A stretch of 64,000 bases of DNA from Candidatus Saccharimonadales bacterium (GTDB lineage: Bacteria; Patescibacteriota; Saccharimonadia; Saccharimonadales; SZUA-47), in NCBI GenBank assembly GCA_038211855.1, contig JBBQVE010000007.1:53-64052 (forward strand). Reading direction: 5' to 3'. Positions 1 to 7,518 of the stretch are shown one piece after another. The notes beneath the pieces are model-generated. The model had not been told where the DNA came from. It saw only the letters and a program-made list of their open reading frames with translations, and did not search any database. Made by a program: the position numbers and the translations under genes. Position 1 is the first letter of the stretch, and the number at the start of each line of letters is the position of its first letter.

Positions 1-15
1 ACCCTAGCTAACCAA

Positions 16-89
16 TGGGGATTGGCCAAGTGGTAAGGCAATGGATTCTGGTTCCATGATCGGGGGTTCGAATCCCTCATCCCCAGCCA
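16..89 (+). tRNA. tRNA-Gln (anticodon CTG), CCA encoded
   Basis: Hand-folded cloverleaf. Acceptor TGGGGAT/ATCCCCA; anticodon stem ATGGA/TCCAT with loop TTCTGGT; T-arm GGGGG-TTCGAAT-CCCTC; discriminator G plus CCA. Confidence 0.9.
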
Positions 90-129
90 TAAGCATTTTT
101 AAAAATCTCTTATTGTACATAAGTGTGTT

Positions 130-138
130 TGCTATAAT
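130..138 (+). promoter_or_regulatory. Extended -10 (TGCTATAAT) placed 6 nt before the ATG at 145; predicted leaderless transcript
   Basis: TGnTATAAT match. Spacing puts the expected transcription start on the A of the ATG, and there is no Shine-Dalgarno sequence. Confidence 0.45.
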
Positions 139-144
139 AGGCCT

Positions 145-357
145 ATGAATGATGATCAATTATCTGACCTAATGCAGTTTATTTCAGCGACCGTTTCGCA
201 AGTCACTGCAGATATGGCAACAAAAGATGATATTGCTATGCTTGGGAATAAAATAGATGATATTGAACTAAAAGTCGATACTATATCTGAAACCCTCAAT
301 GACCAACTCAATCAACATGAGGTCAGAATTAATAAGCTAGAGCAACAAACTATATAG
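145..357 (+). CDS. Hypothetical 70-aa coiled-coil protein (cassette 1 cargo)
   Basis: Intact ORF with heptad-like acidic/leucine pattern. No recognisable family. Confidence 0.5.
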   Translation: MNDDQLSDLMQFISATVSQVTADMATKDDIAMLGNKIDDIELKVDTISETLNDQLNQHEVRINKLEQQTI

Positions 358-387
358 TTAACACACTACTTGTAAGGTTGAAAAAAT

Positions 388-421
388 ATTGCGAAGTACG
401 ACCACTAGCCACAGCCATGCC
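388..421 (+). repeat. Cassette-end repeat R1 (ATTGCGAAGTACGACCACTAGCCACAGCCATGCC)
   Basis: Hand alignment gives 25/29 identity to R5 over the core. It shares the CGAAGTAC...CCAC.AG...CAGCCA blocks with R2 and R5. Confidence 0.75.
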
Positions 422-444
422 ATTGATATACTATTGTTTGTATT

Positions 445-1053
445 ATGATGACGAAGAAAAAAAATAATAAAATTAAATCATCACGTAAATTTGTTATTTT
501 AGCCAGTTCTATATTATTGCTATCTCTGTTATTGGTCGTTGTTTTATACAGCAGTAGACGAAAAGGCGTTACAGAAACAGGCCCTGCAGTTTCTGGACAG
601 TCAGGTAACTCAAAAGACTATGCATTGACTCAGACAATTACAGCAACGAGAGATATCTTTCGCAATACCTACAAGAACACTCCCGCAGATTATGATAATA
701 GTAGTGTGGTTATAAAAGATATGAAACTGAGCTTTCCAAAATCTGACACATATTCGATTGGCTACTGGATTAGTGCTAAAGTAGATGGTTTAGCCGTAGG
801 GGCATCAGTTACTGATTTAAAAACGGTGGACAAACTACTCAACGAAGGTTCAAAGCCATCCGTTCAAAAAATATTTAACTGCTTCGAAGGCCTCGCTGTG
901 TTTGCGTCACAACAGCCGTCTGGCTACCAGACTTTTTTTCAAAAGAAACTCAAAGATGGTCGTTTTTACGAAATTAGACAGATAAAAAAAGAGTGCACAG
1001 TATTAATCGGAGATTTTACTGATTATTTGTCAAAAGCTGAATCTGTCGATTAA
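445..1053 (+). CDS. Hypothetical N-terminally membrane-anchored protein (cassette 2 cargo)
   Basis: Lys-rich N-terminus followed by a hydrophobic helix (FVILASSILLLSLLLVVVLY). No recognisable family. Confidence 0.6.
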   Translation: MMTKKKNNKIKSSRKFVILASSILLLSLLLVVVLYSSRRKGVTETGPAVSGQSGNSKDYALTQTITATRDIFRNTYKNTPADYDNSSVVIKDMKLSFPKSDTYSIGYWISAKVDGLAVGASVTDLKTVDKLLNEGSKPSVQKIFNCFEGLAVFASQQPSGYQTFFQKKLKDGRFYEIRQIKKECTVLIGDFTDYLSKAESVD

Positions 1054-1094
1054 GTTTGTTAGGCCGAAAGTTAATAATACTTCCACTTTTGCGG

Positions 1095-1142
1095 ATTCTT
1101 AAAAGTTCGAAGTACGTCCACTAGACCCAGCCAAGCATAAGC
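1095..1142 (+). repeat. Cassette-end repeat R2 (ATTCTTAAAAGTTCGAAGTACGTCCACTAGACCCAGCCAAGCATAAGC)
   Basis: 34/39 identical to R5 with no gaps. It shares GTTCGAA and CCCAGCCA blocks with the 3' half of tRNA-Gln. Confidence 0.8.
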
Positions 1143-1146
1143 ACAA

Positions 1147-1175
1147 TACCTTCAGAAATGTCTGAAGGTATTTTT
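1147..1175 (+). terminator. Rho-independent terminator
   Basis: Perfect 10-bp stem TACCTTCAGA/TCTGAAGGTA with loop AATG, followed by TTTTT. Confidence 0.75.
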
Positions 1176-1193
1176 ATTTGCAATAGTTAAATT

Positions 1194-1418
1194 ATGACAA
1201 TAAACAATAAGTACAGTTTAATCTCTTTAGTTGCACTCGTTTTTAGTCTTGTCATATTCTAACTTATACATAGTTCTGGTTTAACTGGAATATTACTATT
1301 TGTATTAATAATTTCATCTTTTCTGCTGTTTGGAGCATCTATCTATTTAGCGATTAGTTCGTTTACTAAAAATCCTAAAAAAACATTCAAAAGACTCATT
1401 CTTCTAGATTTTTTCTAG
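1194..1418 (+). pseudogene. Small two-helix membrane protein gene interrupted by an in-frame TAA at 1260 (cassette 3 cargo)
   Basis: Translation reads MTINNKYSLISLVALVFSLVIF*LIHSSGLTGILLFVLIISSFLLFGASIYLAISSFTKNPKK... The hydrophobic reading frame continues across the stop. Confidence 0.4.
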
Positions 1419-1443
1419 GGTTTGTTAAGGTAATAACTAACTC

Positions 1444-1481
1444 TAAAGTTTGAAGTGTGTCCACTCGCACAAGCCATTACC
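1444..1481 (+). repeat. Cassette-end repeat R3 (degenerate)
   Basis: AAAGTTTGAAGTGTGTCCACTCGCACAAGCCATTACC; 25/33 identical to R2 by hand alignment. Confidence 0.6.
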
Positions 1482-1554
1482 TCTTCGAAACATCACTTAT
1501 GCATATTGATGCAGTGATGCGTTTATGGTACAATGTTACTCATAGGAGAAAACT

Positions 1555-1773
1555 ATGCGTACGACTATCACCATAAATGACAAACTCTTGAGGACATTGA
1601 AGCTTCGTGCAGCAGAAGCTGACACAAGTGTCTCTGCAATAGTAGAAGACGCTGTCAAATATCAAATTCTCGAAGATTTTGAAGATATTGAAGATGCCCA
1701 GAAGCGGGTTAACGAGCCACAATATTCTTTTAATGATCTTGTAAAATTATATAAGGCAGAAGGTCTTATATAG
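1555..1773 (+). CDS. Type II antitoxin, ribbon-helix-helix (CopG/RelB-like)
   Basis: N-terminal RTTITINDKLLRTLKLRAAEADTSVSAIVEDAV matches the strand-helix-helix pattern. AGGAG Shine-Dalgarno sequence. Located 2 nt upstream of the toxin gene. Confidence 0.8.
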   Translation: MRTTITINDKLLRTLKLRAAEADTSVSAIVEDAVKYQILEDFEDIEDAQKRVNEPQYSFNDLVKLYKAEGLI

Positions 1774-1775
1774 AT

Positions 1776-2048
1776 ATGCCTCAGGACATATATCAACTAG
1801 AATACAAAAAGTCAGTCGATAAAGATCTAAGAAAACTCTCACCTGTTATAAGGGATCAAATCATAAGTAAAATTCTAAAACTTTCTGTTCAACCTTATCC
1901 ATCAGGAAATACTAAACTTCGAGGGTCTACCAACCTTTATCGCATACGACACACGAGTTATAGAATTATATATGAAGTGAATGGCAACAAACTTATAGTA
2001 CTGGTCATCAAAGTTGGGCACCGAAAAGAAGTATACAGAGACATTTAA
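1776..2048 (+). CDS. Type II toxin, RelE/ParE family
   Basis: 90 aa with LYRIRHTSYRIIYEVNGNKLIVLVIKVGHRKEVY, typical of the RelE/ParE C-terminal core. Confidence 0.85.
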   Translation: MPQDIYQLEYKKSVDKDLRKLSPVIRDQIISKILKLSVQPYPSGNTKLRGSTNLYRIRHTSYRIIYEVNGNKLIVLVIKVGHRKEVYRDI

Positions 2049-2063
2049 CAGAATATTTAAGGT

Positions 2064-2096
2064 AGTTCAAATTCCTATGCGCCAGCCATCATGCTC
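2064..2096 (+). repeat. Cassette-end repeat R4 (colinear degenerate copy of the tRNA-Gln T-arm/acceptor 3' half)
   Basis: GGTAGTTCAAATTCCTATGCGCCAGCCAT versus tRNA GGGGGTTCGAATCCCTCATCCCCAGCCAT; 21/29 identical, ungapped. Confidence 0.65.
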
Positions 2097-2130
2097 ATGC
2101 TTAAAGATTTTTTCGGAAGTGTTTTAAATT

Positions 2131-2139
2131 TGATACTAT
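2131..2139 (+). promoter_or_regulatory. Extended -10 (TGATACTAT) 6 nt before the ATG at 2146; predicted leaderless
   Basis: TGn plus TACTAT, then AAAATA, then ATG. No Shine-Dalgarno sequence. Confidence 0.4.
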
Positions 2140-2145
2140 AAAATA

Positions 2146-2955
2146 ATGGAAAATACTATTGGCTTCATCGGACTGGGTAATATGGGCGCTGGAATGGCTA
2201 GGAACTTAGTTAGTTCAGGCTGTTCAGTCATTGGCTTCGATTTAGATTATGAGAAACATAACGCACTCGTAGCTGATGGATATAAAAAAGCTGAGAATAT
2301 CAACGAGATTACTAATAATTGTGAAAAAGTAATTTTATGCCTTCCACATCCAGATGCTACACAACATGTTATATTTGATGGCTTACTCGTCAAGGACACT
2401 TTCGTAAAGACAATTATCGAGACTAGCACTCTTACGCCCGAAATTGTTGTAGATCTATCAGAAAAGTTAGCTGCAATGAACACGAAATTCTTAAGCGCTC
2501 CTATGATTGGTGGTAAAAATTCGGCAATCAATAAAACCATTCAATTCTTGGTCGAAGGCGAACCAAGTCTTTACGATGAAACATTATATCTATTTAAGGC
2601 CATGGGTAAACAAGCAGCCTATGTAGGTAGGGCACCGTCTGCAACTTTAGCAAAGCTTGCTTTTAATTTGTCGAGGTATGCGAATTTGGCGGCTGGAATA
2701 GAAATCTACAGATTATTACAAGCTTATGGTGCAAATAAAGAAGCTATCTATACATTCATGAGCGAACAATCTCTGGATAACTTTGGCCAAGTTTGGAAAG
2801 AAGATCTAAAAGACACTATGACTGAAGATACCCCCTTTAAGCCGAGTCAAGTTCCAAGGAAAGATTTGGAACTATTAGCTAAGATGGCCGATGAACATAA
2901 CTTGAGCAAAGATCTAATAAAAGCTATACGCAATACATATCTTTCTATGGAATAG
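2146..2955 (+). CDS. NAD(P)-dependent oxidoreductase, 3-hydroxyisobutyrate/6-phosphogluconate dehydrogenase-like (cassette 5 cargo)
   Basis: N-terminal Rossmann motif IGFIGLGNMGAGMARNL. Length and layout fit the beta-hydroxyacid dehydrogenase family. Confidence 0.75.
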   Translation: MENTIGFIGLGNMGAGMARNLVSSGCSVIGFDLDYEKHNALVADGYKKAENINEITNNCEKVILCLPHPDATQHVIFDGLLVKDTFVKTIIETSTLTPEIVVDLSEKLAAMNTKFLSAPMIGGKNSAINKTIQFLVEGEPSLYDETLYLFKAMGKQAAYVGRAPSATLAKLAFNLSRYANLAAGIEIYRLLQAYGANKEAIYTFMSEQSLDNFGQVWKEDLKDTMTEDTPFKPSQVPRKDLELLAKMADEHNLSKDLIKAIRNTYLSME

Positions 2956-2965
2956 CAGCAGGCAC

Positions 2966-3010
2966 ATTCTTAAAATTGCGAAGTACATCCACGAGCCCCA
3001 GCCATAAGAT
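2966..3010 (+). repeat. Cassette-end repeat R5 (ATTCTTAAAATTGCGAAGTACATCCACGAGCCCCAGCCATAAGAT)
   Basis: 34/39 identical to R2. It ends in CAGCCATAAG, as does the junction between the tRNA 3' end and its flank (CAGCCATAAGC). Confidence 0.8.
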
Positions 3011-3170
3011 ATTCGAACTAGGTTCATATATGTAGCCTTGCTGGTATTAACCATACTAGGTATTTGCCAGTCATTCTGATTTGTCGTTTGGATATATTAA
3101 AATAACCACTTTCAGATTGTTGCTGCTACAATCATAGCGTAATTACTAAGCCTATAGAGCTAACAACCTC

Positions 3171-3179
3171 TGTTATAAT
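3171..3179 (+). promoter_or_regulatory. Extended -10 (TGTTATAAT) 6 nt before the ATG at 3186; predicted leaderless
   Basis: TGnTATAAT, then GGCTTT, then ATG. Confidence 0.45.
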
Positions 3180-3185
3180 GGCTTT

Positions 3186-3437
3186 ATGGCTATGACTAAT
3201 CAATCGCAAAAAACAATCAGCAAAGTTCAAGGTCGCATTACTCGGCATAAAAAAGTTCGTTATCATAACGATGCCGCTCTGTTTCCTGACAGTGTCAAAA
3301 CTTGTTTGGTGTGTAATAAATCATTCGAAAATCGAAAACGGTGGGCATCACGAAGTAGCTTTGCTTATGTTAAATATTGTTCTAGACGATGTCGTCGTAA
3401 CGCTCGTAGTCTAGGCATTAGTGAAGCTTCGAAGTGA
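3186..3437 (+). CDS. DUF2256-type small zinc-ribbon protein
   Basis: KTCLVCNKSFENRKRWASRSSFAYVKYCSRRCRRN matches the recalled DUF2256 pattern (C..C...RKKW...V.YCS..C). Its stop overlaps the start of the next gene (GTGA). Confidence 0.7.
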   Translation: MAMTNQSQKTISKVQGRITRHKKVRYHNDAALFPDSVKTCLVCNKSFENRKRWASRSSFAYVKYCSRRCRRNARSLGISEASK

Positions 3438-4882
3438 AAGCTGTGCTGATACTGGGTAACCAGCTGCTAGAACATCACCCAGCATTGGCTGATGATAGCG
3501 TCGATGTGATTATCATGATCGAAGCTCAGGATTTGTGCCTAAAATTACCTTACCATAGCCATAAACTGGTGCTCTTATTATCTGCGATGCGACATTATTG
3601 CACTCAGCTTGAAAAAACTGATAAAAAAATAATTTACGCGACACTTAGCCAAACACCATACTTCATTCAATCGCTAAAAAGAATTATCTCGGAAAATAAT
3701 ATCAATGCACTGTTGTGGATGAAATCATCTGACGCCACTCCAAATAAAATACTAGCCGAACTTACGAAAATTTTAAAGATTGACCACGAAATCTATCCGA
3801 ATGAAATGTTCCTAACGCCAGAATCTGAGCTTCTAGATTGGTTCGATCGACAAAAAGCACCTCTAATGGAAAATTTTTATCACTGGCAACGTCAACGGAC
3901 CGGTATTTTGATGGTGGATAGTAAACCCGTGGGTGGGCGATGGAATTACGATGCCGACAATCGCCGGGCACTTCCTAAAAATGGCCTAACAATACCTGCG
4001 GTAGTATTCCCGGTTCACGATGTTATCACTAAGCAAGTGATCAATGATGTACAAGTCTACTTCCCGACTCATCCTGGTACAGCAAACGATTTTTGGTTGC
4101 CTGTCAGCCACACTGAGGCTGCTCGGTGGCTAAGGTCATTCATCAACGAACGATTTTCACAGTTCGGTCCATACGAGGATGCAATGAAAGCCGGTGAATC
4201 ATTTTTGTTTCACAGCGTGCTATCCCCACTGATTAACTGCGGTTTATTGTCTGTTCAGCAGGTTTTAGATGCTGCGCTGAATGCCTACGAATCTCAGCAT
4301 ATTGAGATCGAATCAGTAGAGGGCTTCATTCGTCAGCTGATCGGTTGGCGCGAGTATATGTACGGATTGTACCTAAGCGAACCTACTATGATGGCGGAAA
4401 ACTATTTTGGCTTTAACAAACAACTAGAGGATTGGTGGTATAGCGCTGACTGCTTAAACCAAGATTTGCCAATACCACTACTAAACGCGCTTCGTACGGT
4501 TCATGCCTACGGCTACAATCATCATATTGAACGATTGATGATTTTGGGTAACTGGTTCTTGTTGAATGAATACGACCCAAAGTCAGTCTACCGTTGGTTC
4601 TCTTCGATGTACGTAGATGCATACGAATGGGTGATGGTACCGAACGTGATTGGTATGAGTCAGTACGCAGATGGTGGCCGAACGGCAACCAAACCATACA
4701 TTTCAGGAGGCAATTACTTACAAAAAATGGGTCGCTGGTGGCCGAATGCTGCACAAGCTAAAGACAGTCAATTTACATCTTTATATTGGCAATTCTTGCA
4801 AAATAATTATGATAAATTACAATTGAATTTTCGAATGTCGTTGGTGCTAAAGCAAGCCGCCTTACGTATGAAACAAGATTGA
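3434..4882 (+). CDS. Cryptochrome/photolyase-related protein (FeS-BCP / (6-4) photolyase-like family)
   Basis: N-terminus KAVLILGNQL; GYNHHIERLMILGN; VDAYEWVMVPNVIGMSQYADGG..TKPYISGGNYL. These are typical of the PhrB/CryB-type family and its usual DUF2256 neighbour. Confidence 0.8.
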   Translation: MKAVLILGNQLLEHHPALADDSVDVIIMIEAQDLCLKLPYHSHKLVLLLSAMRHYCTQLEKTDKKIIYATLSQTPYFIQSLKRIISENNINALLWMKSSDATPNKILAELTKILKIDHEIYPNEMFLTPESELLDWFDRQKAPLMENFYHWQRQRTGILMVDSKPVGGRWNYDADNRRALPKNGLTIPAVVFPVHDVITKQVINDVQVYFPTHPGTANDFWLPVSHTEAARWLRSFINERFSQFGPYEDAMKAGESFLFHSVLSPLINCGLLSVQQVLDAALNAYESQHIEIESVEGFIRQLIGWREYMYGLYLSEPTMMAENYFGFNKQLEDWWYSADCLNQDLPIPLLNALRTVHAYGYNHHIERLMILGNWFLLNEYDPKSVYRWFSSMYVDAYEWVMVPNVIGMSQYADGGRTATKPYISGGNYLQKMGRWWPNAAQAKDSQFTSLYWQFLQNNYDKLQLNFRMSLVLKQAALRMKQD

Positions 4883-5719
4883 AAACTTAATTGTTCCGCA
4901 GCTCTTGATACGCCACTACGTCGTATCTGCGCATCAAGCCTCCTTCGTTCATGCCAAGTCCGATTGTGCAGTCCAACCATCGACCATAAAATGCCGACGT
5001 AGCCATTAAGGTCCCCCCCATCTATTGAGTAAGCATCTTATGAAATTGAACCTGACAAAGCTTATGCAAGTTCAGTCTTGTTATTCAATAGTCGTATAGC
5101 AGTAGTTGTCGCCTTATTTCTTGGTTTATCTGTTTTCTTCCATTTCTTGGTAGTGTATCTTGGTTCTTTAAGAGATATTCGACTTCATTAAAGAATCATA
5201 TATACGTTTTTCGTCGGGTAGAATATTCACTTAATTCGTCGTCAATGATTTATCTAATTGCTCAGCTTGATGGTATAAGACTAATAGCTGCACTTATCGC
5301 TATAGTTGGCATTAACGTATCGATGTTTTTTTGGTTGTATTGCTGGAGTAATTCCGTGGTTATTAGTAGTGTTATACATTGACACACCAAAAGCGCCAAG
5401 CACTGATCATGATCCTGGATTTGTGCATAAAATAGTAATATCTTTGTTTCTTTTTTTAATTGTTTTGCAATTGTTCAATATATTCAATACCAAGCCAAGA
5501 TCAAATGGGCCAATTACTTACGAAGCGAAAAGGCATATACTATTTTTAGTTTTACTGCTAAATCAGCTCTAACATGGCAATTATTTGCAAGCATACTAGC
5601 ATCTTCAAAGTAAGTTGCAAGATGTTACTTTAAACAAAAACATTATCTATTGACTGTGGCTTAATGTCTGGAAATAAATTCTTTGCCAAATCATTCGTAA
5701 CAACCATTGGGTTTGCCAA

Positions 5720-6511
5720 TTATTCTACCATTGCTCTCCCAACTTTAGCGTGTTTTTTTGGAGTAAATAAATTTAGCCACCATGCAGATACTGCCACTGG
5801 AATTATGGTTACAGTAATTAGTATAGCTTTAGTTTTCTTCCACTTTGCATAACGTTCCATGACTTCCTTATACGACATCGGTTCAGGACCGCCAATTTCA
5901 ACTATCAAGTCTTCTTCATTTTTTAAATCTATGGCCTCAATGAGATAAGAGAGTGCGTCATGTAGGCCAATTGGCTGCGTTAGCGTTTTAGACCATTTAG
6001 GTATTGTTAGAATTGGTAATCTATGTACTAAATTAGTGATTATTTCGTATGCGATACTGCCCTTACCTATTACCATTGATGCTCTAAATTCAATTGTTTG
6101 ATATATTTCAGATTTTAATAATTGACCAGTCTTGTGTCTACTAGCTAAATGTTTAGATAATTTATCTTTATCATCTCCTAGTCCTCCTAAATAAATAACT
6201 CGTTTTACTTCAGCATTCTCGGCTGCTTTACGAAAAGAAATTGCCGCATTTGATTCAGCTATTACGAAATCAACCTTTTTCTGACCCATCATATGAATTA
6301 AGTAATATACCAGAGTACATCCTTCTAGATGCAACGCCAAGCTATTAGTGTTAAAAACATCAACATCATATTTAGTTAATCTTTGATTGTTTATCGGGAT
6401 ACTGCTAGCGTCTCTAGAAATCCCTATTAGCTCGTGGTTGGTATCAGTAAGTAAACGATTAATGAGATTGTGCCCTATAAAACCGTTTGCACCTATTATG
6501 GCTATTTTCAT
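5720..6511 (-). CDS. NAD(P)H-binding atypical SDR / NmrA-like protein
   Basis: MKIAIIGANGFIGHNLINRL glycine-rich dinucleotide-binding motif. GGAGAA Shine-Dalgarno sequence upstream. Confidence 0.7.
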   Translation of the reverse strand: MKIAIIGANGFIGHNLINRLLTDTNHELIGISRDASSIPINNQRLTKYDVDVFNTNSLALHLEGCTLVYYLIHMMGQKKVDFVIAESNAAISFRKAAENAEVKRVIYLGGLGDDKDKLSKHLASRHKTGQLLKSEIYQTIEFRASMVIGKGSIAYEIITNLVHRLPILTIPKWSKTLTQPIGLHDALSYLIEAIDLKNEEDLIVEIGGPEPMSYKEVMERYAKWKKTKAILITVTIIPVAVSAWWLNLFTPKKHAKVGRAMVE

Positions 6512-6565
6512 GTTCTCCAGTATGCAACAAATTTATTATATGCACTAGCATTTCATTAAAAGCTA

Positions 6566-6942
6566 TTAATATATTTGATTTGCTTCAACCAAAAACGGCC
6601 TAATTATTAATATGCCTGGTTTCTGAATACCCGAGCCATTAATCAGTGAGCGCAATGTTCTTCGATCAACGAGTGTGCAGTTATTAGATTGTGCAAGTAA
6701 TCGTGCAGATCTACTAAAAACGCTATTAGTAATGACTACTACTTTTATACATCTATAGTGTGGTAGAGCAGTGACGCCCTGCCGTACTGCATCGGCACCA
6801 AGCAAGCCCTGTATAGTTTGCCTTGAATACCGTATACCATTCCGTATCGCTCAGCGATAATATCTATACCAAGGTCGTACTTTTCTGTAAGGTGAACATT
6901 CTTATAGCCATGTATCCGAAGCAAACCAACTAGATGGTGCAC
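6566..6942 (-). pseudogene. Mrr-type restriction endonuclease catalytic domain, split by a frameshift
   Basis: Two overlapping ORFs in different frames. Together they read ...GYKNVHLTEKYDLGIDIIAERYGMVYGIQGK.Y... then ...GADAVRQ...CIKVVVITNSVFSRSARLLAQSNNCTLVDRRTL. This fits the Mrr_cat pattern D-GIDiia...QcK...ft..A...L.D. Confidence 0.6.
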
Positions 6943-7166
6943 AAATTATAGCCCTATCATGTCGTCTACACAGCAGACATATTTTTACGCCATTTGAGTA
7001 TGGAAAATGGGTATGCTCATAGTCATTCCAAATTTTTGATAACCGGGGGCACTAAAAAATGTTGTTAAATATGCAACTTAACAGATGTATCGTGATCTGA
7101 GTCATACTACTGATAAACCGTTATAATTGTTATGCTAATTAGTAAGAACCTCAGTTATTCTTGGCT

Positions 7167-7481
7167 ATGAGAGAAGAAGATTACTATAAGCACTACCGTC
7201 GTGAGTATGCCACTCTGCACAGAGAGCGTTTTAGACCGACCACTCAGCACAATCCCCAACCCCAACAAGTACCAGCACCACAACTGCATTCAAACCCAAA
7301 CAAACGAAAAGTTCACACTATTGGCGAACTCCTTACTAAAAAATCCCTTATTCCCCGCAGTTTTAGATTGGCATACTGGGATTTTAAAGCTTACCGCCGA
7401 AGGCATCGCTGGGCTGTCAGGGCTATTAGCGTAGTATTAGTTATCGTTTTACTTGCGGGAATTTTTTTTATAGGTTATTAA
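7167..7481 (+). CDS. Hypothetical basic protein with a C-terminal transmembrane tail anchor
   Basis: Arg/Pro/Gln-rich N-terminus with a single terminal helix AISVVLVIVLLAGIFFIGY. Lies directly upstream of the giant ORF. A TTG at 7161 is an alternative start. Confidence 0.5.
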   Translation: MREEDYYKHYRREYATLHRERFRPTTQHNPQPQQVPAPQLHSNPNKRKVHTIGELLTKKSLIPRSFRLAYWDFKAYRRRHRWAVRAISVVLVIVLLAGIFFIGY

Positions 7482-7518
7482 TGCGCATAAGCATACGGTT
7501 GAATATTCACTTGATGGT

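Larger units (their letters stand above)
90..3010 (+). mobile_element. Array of five co-oriented mini-cassettes (0.3-0.9 kb each), each ending in a tRNA-3'-end-like repeat; no recombinase in view
   Basis: Repeats R1-R5 each lie 11-42 nt after the stop codon of a plus-strand ORF. The region is AT-rich compared with the rest of the window. Cargo is unrelated single genes plus one toxin-antitoxin pair. Confidence 0.6.
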
